Position numbers and translations under genes: made by a program
Notes under the pieces: generated by a model
What the model was told of the DNA's origin: nothing
Databases searched by the model: none
The model's input: only the letters and a program-made list of their open reading frames with translations
Assembly (NCBI GenBank): GCA_951406725.2
Contig: OX597826.1
Location: forward strand, 39,866,001 to 39,930,000
Length of the DNA stretch: 64,000 nt
Direction: 5' to 3'
Source of the DNA: Octopus vulgaris
Lineage: Eukaryota
Shown here: positions 55,048 to 64,000 of the stretch, in pieces
How the letters are laid out: each line of letters starts with the position of its first letter
Numbering within the stretch: position 1 is the first letter of the stretch

Positions 55048-55569
55048 TTAATGAAACCAAGAGAGATATTGTGTTGTAATAGTAGCTTTTTTCATTTTAC
55101 AATTACCTTTAAACTCACAGTTGTTAGGGTTTCTACAGTTACAGTTGTTACTAATATTAGACGTAGTTTTGTTATGGGTATGCGTGTTGATAGAGGTAGA
55201 GTTTGTGTGAGTATGCGAATCGTTGGTAGAAGATATAGAACTATTTGAATAATTGGGGTTAGTATTAGTAGTAGTGGAAGTTACATTCTTGGAGTAAAGA
55301 TTTAGTTTTCTATTGTTAAAGGCAGAAATAATCTTAAATAAGTTAGGAGAAACAGAAAATCCAAATATAATTATTCTGTTATTGAATATCCTAATATACC
55401 AAGATTTACTAAAATTTGATTTAATAATAGAACAAATAGACTTTATAAAATTAGACTTCAAATGTTTAGCAAAAGGAAATATAATCCAAATTAGGTTATT
55501 GTATTTCTTATTGGTATGGTGGTTTTTATTAGATGGGTCACCCATTCGAATAAATGGTATAGGTGACAT
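55048..55569 (-). mobile_element. Penelope-like element fragment (post-RT linker with Cys cluster)
   Basis: NLIWIIFPFAKHLKSNF...RIFNNRIIIFGFSVSPNLFKIISAFNNRKL...CNCRNPNNCEFKGNC matches the IIWFNPP...KIFN...SYS..PN...II..HN...CNCR...C...G.C pattern of Naiad-type PLEs (from recall). Confidence 0.7.
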
Positions 55570-55619
55570 TTACACTATCATTAACATTGTTATTGTTATT
55601 ATTGTTGTTGTTGTTGTTG

Positions 55620-55695
<76 letters not shown>

Positions 55696-56325
55696 ATGTA
55701 TTGGACATCATTAAAATTGGTTATGCACTTGTGTGGGGAATTTTGAGTATCTGAAGAAATAAGAGATTATATACATATATGTGTGTGTGTGTGTGTGTGA
55801 TTGTGTGTGTTTGTATGTGTGTCAGTTGTCCATTAAGGAGGAAAAAAGCTGGCTCTAAAATAAATTTTTAGTAGTTATTTTTGTCATGTAGTGCAGCAGA
55901 ATATCTTTGGTTTTGGCAAATAACTTGTAAGCAAATTACCATAGATTTCACGTCGATATAGTACTTGACAATATAGGCAACTGACCAGACCTGCTGGTTG
56001 GAAACACATGGACACCTTATTAGTGAAGGTCAATATACAACCATGATCACTTTCTTGGTGTTTAAAATTGAATCCCAAAAGACTTTCCGAGATGGAATGA
56101 ACTACTTGCACCATCACTCTTAGAAAAAATATTTGGTTTGTTTTTGTTTTTTCAGTACCAAATTAGCAAGAGCACATATTTTTCTCCATTACCAAAGTGT
56201 TTGTGTACTTCAAACACAGTGGTCTGATAAGTGTGATAGCGGACGTGAAATCAATGGTAACTTTCTGACTTGTTATATGCCATAGCCAAGGATATACTAC
56301 TAGACGGCATATAGCGTATGTATAT

Positions 56326-56372
<47 letters not shown>

Positions 56373-56384
56373 AATATTTATGTG

Positions 56385-56416
<32 letters not shown>

Positions 56417-56511
56417 ATATAACGGTTTGGTGTTTATAAATCATATACATGTATAAACACAAATAAACACACGTATACATACACGCACATGCGCACATGT
56501 ATATATATATA

Positions 56512-56569
<58 letters not shown>

Positions 56570-56905
56570 TATAATGGATAATAAAATGAATGGTTTGCAC
56601 CTGGTAGCTTACTGGTAAAGCACGATCACTTTCTGAGTGGTTGTTAGGTAAATAACAAATGAAAAACAGAAGATAGAATATACGAGAATATATGCTTCAT
56701 CACAATTGTTTAGACACATCTAGCATCGACCCTCTTGTGGGACGCACAAAAACTGGTTCAGGAGTATCCGGTGGTGCAGCCGTATCTCGTCGGGTGATAA
56801 ACATCTAAAAGAAACTCATGAAAATGACTGTTCCATAATGCACCTTTCCGTTTTGTAGAAGGAAAAACACCCAGATGGAGGAAAATTCTTCATATATATA
56901 TAGAA

Positions 56906-57258
<353 letters not shown>

Positions 57259-57267
57259 ATATATATG

Positions 57268-57302
<35 letters not shown>

Positions 57303-57306
<4 letters not shown>

Positions 57307-58033
57307 AAAAGGCACAAATGTATAGTTTAGAGAATGTTTAATATTTTTGTAACAGTGAGTGATTTAAAATATAACCGGTTTCGATGTATCCATCTTATCA
57401 AATGTTAAAAATAACTTTTTAGGAAGTGAAAGAGAAAAAAATTGTTGTGTTAACAGTTTGTACCCATGTTTTTAAGGCAAAGTGAAATTCCATACATACA
57501 TTGCTTCAGGCAACATAGCATCAAGCTTGGAAGTAACGAATGTATAAGTGAAGGAACTTTATCGATTTTCACCATTCAAAAGGTTCGTTGGGTTATGTGG
57601 GCAGTTCTATGTGTAGGGAAGAACAGGTGATGGAAAGAGAGAGAAGAATACTAATGATTAAGGAGAGGGAGGAGTGTGTTGTGTGGCTAGACTCGTTTTG
57701 ATACTTGTGTGTGCACATGTTTGGATGGGTAATATAGGTCATTGGTGTGACATTAGTCACAGAAGACACTTCCTCAATGTATTTAGATGTTGTAGGGCCA
57801 GGAAACAAAATTTGTTCTGGTGTTGAAGTTCGTTGTTGACAAAACGCTTGACCATACAAGGAACAAAAGGAACAAAAGAACAAAAATTAAAAGGACCTTG
57901 TTAGGGAATATTATTTGTCAACAATGAACTTCAACACCAGAACAAATTTTAATTACTCCTGGGGTACAGTGATATAGCAGAGGAAAATAATAGGTTCTTC
58001 TGTGTTTAGTTTTGTTCTTTTGTTCCTTTAGAT
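57303..58033 (-). mobile_element. 3' part of Penelope-like relic (left of the hAT)
   Basis: Continues the 60948-61350 relic across the TSD; decayed hammerhead-like motif TTGATAA-GATG(gata)CATC-GAAACCGGTT on minus strand near 57373-57401; ends at a TA array. Confidence 0.5.
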
Positions 58034-60939
58034 CAGGGATGGGCGAACTTTTTTGATCGCGGGCCGCATAGTGCGTCTTTGGAACCTTGGCGGGCCTCAT
58101 TTATAAAAATCAAGTGAAAATATTTTTAAAGGCGGTTATAGACCTATAAACACACAATTGATTGAAAGGAAATTTTGTGAAATATTCCTGGTTTAAGTGA
58201 TTTAATTTATTTTTTAGAGTATCGGGTTCATGTTTTTCGGTTATTTGCTCCTATAGTTGAAATTATTACAGGAACCTCGGTTATTTTGGACAGCCTGTTA
58301 TTGCTTACAAATTGCCAGGAAGGAATTTTCCTAGTAAAATCTGCACTAATTGTGAACAACCACCTCTTAATATTATGGACAACCATGATGAATATTATAC
58401 TTAAATTCTAGGATACCCAAAATAAAAGATTTTAAAGAGAAATAACAGTTTATTAATATGAATTGATATCTGAAATTAGAAACGTCACCTGAAGCATTTA
58501 TTTGAAAAACAAAGCGGCTCTGTAAATAACAATGTCAATGAGAATGATGCAGCTGACTACTGTCATTTACCAGTTTGTCAAAATTAGGTGTCAAGTTGCT
58601 TGTGCTGATTCTTAACACTGACTGAAGATTTGAGTCTGTGAGAAGTGATCGATTCTTCCCCTTGTTAATTTTCATGATGGAGAAAGTCTGCTCACATATG
58701 TAAGTTGATGCAAACAACACAAACATCTTTCTTGCAAATTTTTTTAGATTTTGAAACTTTTTTGAATGTAGAGAAGCATAAAACTCGACCAGTGGTTTAC
58801 TTTCAAACATCATCTTTAAAGAATTGTCAGCTTGCAAATGAATCAGTTCTATCTGCAGTTCCTCGGTAGTTGTTTCAATGTCACAGGCAAGAGGTGAGTT
58901 AAGCAAATCGAACAGGCCTTCAACTGCCTTGAAATCAGCAAATCTTCTAATGAATTCCTTTTGTAAAGCCATCAACTGGGAACTGTACTTGTCCGATGAT
59001 TCTTGTGTAACAGACTGTGTTTTCAGCAGAGGGAAGTGAATAAATTTTTGCTCATTCAGCTGCTTGGCAAAAAGTCCAAGCTTCCATTGAAAAGCTTTCA
59101 CTTCCAGGTACAATTCATGAGCAAATATACCTTTGCCTTGCAGTTTTGTGTTAAGTTCATTCAGCTTCTGCATTATGTCCACAGCAAATGCAAAATCACA
59201 AACCCATTCGTCACTCTCCATTTCGTTTAAAAAGTCACAGGAGATGTCTTGCATTTTGAGAAACATAAGAATCTCTGCTTTGAGGTCCCATACTCTCTTA
59301 AGAACTTTTCCAATGCTTAACCAGTGGACATTTGTGTAGTACAGCACATCAGTAAAATCAGCCTCCACATCCTCCAAGAAACTTCGGAATTGCCTGTGTT
59401 TCAATCCCCATGATCTTATTAAATTCACTGCACGCACCACAGGTTCGATGACATGTTTGAGTTTTAAAGATGACTTACAAAGGCTTTCTTGATGTATGAT
59501 GCAGTGAAAAGACAACACACTGTGTAGTGGAAAATCTTCTTTGATTTTGTCATTCAACAACTTCACAAGGCCGGAATGTTTACCGGTGAGTGAAGGAGCT
59601 CCATCGGTTGTAATGCTGGCCAGTTTATTTAGGGTTAATCCAGACCTGATTGAACTGTTAATGACACTGTTGAACAAATCTTTTCCAGTAGTAGTGTCTT
59701 TGAGAGACTCCATAGATAACAATTCCTCTGTAATTTCAAAGTTTTCGTCAATTCCTCTGATGTAAATGAGTAACTGAGCAGTATCCTGAATATCAGTACT
59801 CTCATCTAAAGCAATAGAAAACCACTGAAATCGACCACTGGCTGTTAACAGCTGTTCATGAATATTCACGGCAATTGCATCAATGCGACGAACAATAGTT
59901 CTTCGTGATAGGGAAATGGCTTCTACTTTTGACTTAACTTCAGGACACACAACGCTGACAGCATCAACCATACAATCTTTGATAAATTCTGCTTCTGCGA
60001 ATGACTTGTTTTGCTTTGCAATTTTGTTGGCCAATATAAAACTTGCCTTTGTCGCGTTCCTTTGTAAAGAGGAAGTTTTATCAAACACATTTTGCTGTTG
60101 CTTCAAACGTTTTGTCAGATCATTTGCTTTCTTTTGCAGTTCTTGTTTTGATAAATTGTGTCCAAAATTGGCGTGCTTCGTTTGAAAGTGGCGTTTCAAA
60201 TTATATTCCTTGAACACAGCAACTGTTTCAGAACAAATCAAACATGCAGCTTTCACTCCAACGTCGGTAAAGAAATACTTTTCAGTCCAATTTTCATTAA
60301 AAACACGACATTCCTCTTCAATTTTTCGCTTTTTAGATAGCTTCGAACAACTCATTTTGGGTAAATTTTATCAGACAACAAAAGCTAGTTTGAAACACTC
60401 GTGTCTGTACTAAATTCAAATAATCGATAGAGTGAATGATAACCAACCACAGCTCTGTGTCCAGAAAAAGCTGGTTCAAGCCCTTTTATTAACCTGGCTG
60501 GCTTCTTCATTGGAACGAAACGCATCGTCCATCATGCCCTCTTCACCATCTATCACGTGATTTATTTATTTGAATGTTTCAAGCATATCGATTGACTCGT
60601 TGTATTGCCACAATACTTGTTTCATTGTTCTATTAATTTTTGAGTTTGTAGGGTCTGACGAGAAAACACAGAAAAGATATCTTCACCCGGAAATGTGTTT
60701 TATTATTATGTCATGGGAATATTTCTCGAAATTTTTCATCGCTTCACAGTAGCTGAAACAAACAAACAGCGGACAATTTTGTGAAGGCGCGAAACAGTGA
60801 ACTGAAATAAAATGCAAACTATTGTGAATTACCGTACAACTGAAACAGTTACGAAGTATTTGCATAGAAGTTGGGATTCATAAAAGCTCTCGGCGGGCCG
60901 CATGAAAACCTATGGCGGGCCGTAGTTTGCCCACCCCTG
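58034..60939 (-). mobile_element. Complete hAT DNA transposon, Buster/Charlie group (2,906 bp)
   Basis: Perfect 8-bp TSD CTTTAGAT (58026-58033, 60940-60947) fitting nnnTAnnn; 16-bp TIRs cagggatgggcgaact / caggggtgggcaaact (14/16); two subterminal gcgggcc motifs at each end. Confidence 0.97.
58535..60355 (-). CDS. hAT transposase, 606 aa (GTF2IRD2/EPM2AIP1-like Charlie lineage)
   Basis: KKRK NLS, BED finger CLIC...LKRHFQTKH, LDESTD, TTDGAP, HCIIHQE (CxxH), YICEQTFS, C-terminal dimerisation domain; no stops or introns. Confidence 0.95.
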   Translation of the reverse strand: MSCSKLSKKRKIEEECRVFNENWTEKYFFTDVGVKAACLICSETVAVFKEYNLKRHFQTKHANFGHNLSKQELQKKANDLTKRLKQQQNVFDKTSSLQRNATKASFILANKIAKQNKSFAEAEFIKDCMVDAVSVVCPEVKSKVEAISLSRRTIVRRIDAIAVNIHEQLLTASGRFQWFSIALDESTDIQDTAQLLIYIRGIDENFEITEELLSMESLKDTTTGKDLFNSVINSSIRSGLTLNKLASITTDGAPSLTGKHSGLVKLLNDKIKEDFPLHSVLSFHCIIHQESLCKSSLKLKHVIEPVVRAVNLIRSWGLKHRQFRSFLEDVEADFTDVLYYTNVHWLSIGKVLKRVWDLKAEILMFLKMQDISCDFLNEMESDEWVCDFAFAVDIMQKLNELNTKLQGKGIFAHELYLEVKAFQWKLGLFAKQLNEQKFIHFPLLKTQSVTQESSDKYSSQLMALQKEFIRRFADFKAVEGLFDLLNSPLACDIETTTEELQIELIHLQADNSLKMMFESKPLVEFYASLHSKKFQNLKKFARKMFVLFASTYICEQTFSIMKINKGKNRSLLTDSNLQSVLRISTSNLTPNFDKLVNDSSQLHHSH

Positions 60940-60947
60940 CTTTAGAT

Positions 60948-61350
60948 GCTATGATGGTTAGCGTTTCTCTGTTTCATAATGTTTTGTTCCAATTCTAGGA
61001 AGAGTGCCTTGATCTTACGTTTGCATGATACAATTACTATTAATTACGTTTTCCTTGGATGTAATGATCCTTGGGCCTTCCTGTAGACTTAGACTACATA
61101 CCAGTGATGTTCTATTGTATGGTCAAGCGTTTTGATTTTTAATTGTAGACCAGTTGGTTGTATACTCTACTCCAATCCCTTTGAGCCTCTAGATGAGGTT
61201 AGATAAAGATGTGCAATATCTTTTGTTTTCATTGGAAAATGACGTAGGATGGTTACGCAATTTTCTTGGTGTCTCTTGTTTCACCAATCTACAGATATTT
61301 TAGTACACCCGCCTTCACTTCACATATGTAAACAACGTTCTTTACCATAC
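60948..61350 (-). mobile_element. Penelope-like GIY-YIG endonuclease relic
   Basis: Minus strand CKFKNNCMVKNVVYICEVKAGVLKYL*IGET...NH..SFSNENKRYCTSLSNLI*RLK...NWS, with stops at the expected Y and W positions. Confidence 0.75.
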
Positions 61351-61409
61351 AGTTGTTCTTAAATTTGCACACACTCACACACACATACACACACATTCAT
61401 ACAAACACA

Positions 61410-62700
61410 CACAGAGTAAAATATATATCCTTTCTTCAAGTTCCTTTGACACTTTTTTCTAAACCAAATCACATGTCGAATCTTTAGTAAATCCGTGAAC
61501 GGCCTGTAGCAATATTTCTACTTGTGTACAATTTGCAGCTTATAACTTGAAATCATACCATATACGGGAGATCATTGATTGTTTTGTTCTGTTTAGCATG
61601 CTGGTTAAAGGCATCAATGCTGGGGAAGGGATGTAATAAACAAGGTTCCTTAGTATACAACTCTTCTAACGTGAATGGCTTTATTTTGGGTTTATATTTT
61701 TGTTGTTTGTCTGAAGCGGTTATTTATTGTTTGTTATTTACTCATCAGATGTTTTGCGTATTCTGTTAGTGCTGGTGCTACTATACTAAAGGCTAGTTTT
61801 CAGGGTCCATTTGTAGGGAATACTGTCAAAAGCCTCCTGGTAATCAATCTATACCATTAGGATTTTTCTTCTGACAGTCTTCAGTTGTGGTTTCGTTGAT
61901 CAATAATGGGTCATTACAACGTCTCTTTTGCTTTTCCAAAAATAAATCATTTTCTTCTGGTGTGTCTGCTCAGCATCTGTGATTTTATTGCAGCTTAGGC
62001 TTTGTGTTTGCTTGTAGTTTTCGTAACTTTGTGTGATAAGATCATTTTTTTCCCTTCTGTGAGACATTCAGGTTTTGTTCATGTCTCCACCAGCATCTCA
62101 TCAAGCTGCTCTTTATGTTTCAGTTGTGTGTCCCTATAAAATATCTTAACCAGAAGTGTGGATACTGTTGTATGAAGGTGCCCTGTAGTTGTTTGATTTT
62201 TGCAATACTTATATTAGCTCCTCTGTTGTTATGAGTGTCCAGAGTCGTTTAGGAACTATGTGTATTGTTTTGATTAATCTTTCTTTTCTCGGGTAATTCC
62301 TTTGAAGCCCGTAATTCTTCAAAAATCCTTTTTATTGCTCTTGCTGCTTTTGCTTCCTTAGCCGTTATTATATTTTTACCAGCTTCTCGGTAGAATCTTT
62401 TTTAGGTGAAATCAAATCGTTTTGTTCAAGAAATTGTTGGCTTTTTTCATGCCGACGATATTTTATAATTTAACGAGTATCTCTTGTTTTAAATACTACT
62501 TTATTTCTGGCACCTCTTTGCACTATTATTTTACATTTTTATGGTATTTTTCATTCTTTCTTATTTAGTATCGCTGTTTTGTGTCTGTTTTCACAAAGGG
62601 TTGACAGGTACTTTTTCTTATACTCTTTTTCTGAATATTTGTTTTCTATAGCATTTGTTTGGTTTTCAATATTTCTATTTGGGTGAATCTGGGGAAGTAT
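61410..62700 (-). mobile_element. Old Dong/R4-like RT relic
   Basis: Minus strand KRFYREAGK, IDYQEAFDSIPYKW, LLQAVHGFTKD...FGLEK parallel the intact Dong ORFs at 27067-30083. Confidence 0.7.
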
Positions 62701-64000
62701 TCACTGTAGTTGTGATTCGAAACCGAACTGATAGATAACCTGTCAGACATCATGATCAAACCACACTAGTTTCAGGGGATCGGTATTTTAAGCAACCAAT
62801 CATCGTGTGATTCAATTCTCTAGAATCTTCTTCTTGTACCTTATATAAGAGCTGCTTTTGGTACCTAAAATCGTTGCAGAGTATTGAGTCCTGCCGACTC
62901 ATTCACACATCTCACCTTTTGCCAAGCAAAGATAACTGAGCGATAAGCGCCTCCTCTGTTACCAGATGGCCAACTCAGGCTGAATCATCCACATGTCTAA
63001 ATTCTTGCCATACAGAATGTTGAGGCGGCTGCACGTTGTCTCCATTCTCGCCACAGGCACACGGTTAAGACAAATGGCAGATAGTCGACAGAAATCTTCG
63101 TCACCATGAATAATATATAATTCTTTCTAGTTATGATGAACTAGTCACATGTTGCTGTAAACTCCATGCAGTACGTCTCTCCTATTATGTAATTACTGCT
63201 GTTATTATTTTTAAAATACCAAGACAGTTAAACTTTATGTTAAATCATAAAATCTATTTGTTCGCGAGTGTTGTAATCTACTTCTTCACGTTGCCCAAGA
63301 AACATGTTTTCATTTATCTGCTCAAACATTTAGCACTTCACAAACCAACACACTAATGACGTCACTTTCGTCTGTGGTCACAGAGACTGCTGCATATATT
63401 TTATTTCGCTTTGTAACGTTGATATTTGCACCTGTCATAATTCATTCTGAGATAGCCAAATTTATGTTTCAACTGTTGTTGCAGTCTTATCATTAAATCT
63501 TGTTTGCAAAGTGCAAAATTGTTTTCAATTTTTGAATTATACTGAAGTTTAGAATATCTTGATCATGATCTACGATTGTAGAATTTTCTGGTTCTAGATC
63601 TGCTTCATATACCTCCCCATTGATACATTTGTTCGTGCTGTTCTGGATAGCTATCGTTTGGATATTATTGTGCAGCCCCTGATGTTGAGTTTGTTGTGTT
63701 TCATTGTATATTTCGTTTGTGTAAGGCTTATCATTGTGTTTTCCAATCTCAGTACTTTTATTGTTGTTCGGTATTTGTGAGCATTCACTGTGCTCTTCTA
63801 ATACATTGAGATGTTTTCAATTTCTGAAAGTTTTTATTTTCGAGAATTTATCTCTTGTAGTTAGTTTTATGGGTTTCAGCGGCTTCTTTAGATCTGAGTT
63901 ATTTTTCTTCTCCGGTCTCATGGCGGCAGTTCCATCAGATGATGTCAGTTGGTCATCTTCGAACCGAAGGACGAACATTATTATACAAATATGTTATTTT

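Noticed and set aside
58535-60355. Host gene GTF2IRD2, EPM2AIP1 or a ZBED
   Set aside because: Intact TIRs and TSD and insertion inside another repeat show it is a transposon, not a domesticated gene.

Overview
Eukaryotic, AT-rich, microsatellite-dense DNA. The repeat content (tRNA-headed SINEs, BovB-like RTE, Dong/R4, Penelope-like pieces, (TA)n/(TAA)n/(CA)n arrays) looks like a coleoid cephalopod such as Octopus; this is inference, not a database result. No host gene is confidently identified, only two isolated exon-like segments. Best-preserved elements: (1) a complete 2,906-bp Buster/Charlie-type hAT transposon (58034-60939) with TIRs, a perfect 8-bp TSD and an uninterrupted 606-aa transposase, inserted into a decayed Penelope-like element; (2) a 5'-truncated but nearly intact Dong/R4-clade RLE retrotransposon (27020-30243) in a (TAA)n hotspot packed with other Dong fragments and a non-coding TAA-associated repeat. 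Also present: maT-type and mariner Tc1/mariner relics, Tigger/pogo relics, Helitron pieces and RTE LINE relics. The least obvious signals are several short elements carrying minimal type I hammerhead-ribozyme folds with variant cores, and three junctions made of short locally templated or fold-back copies. Most short ORFs in the supplied track are microsatellite artefacts.
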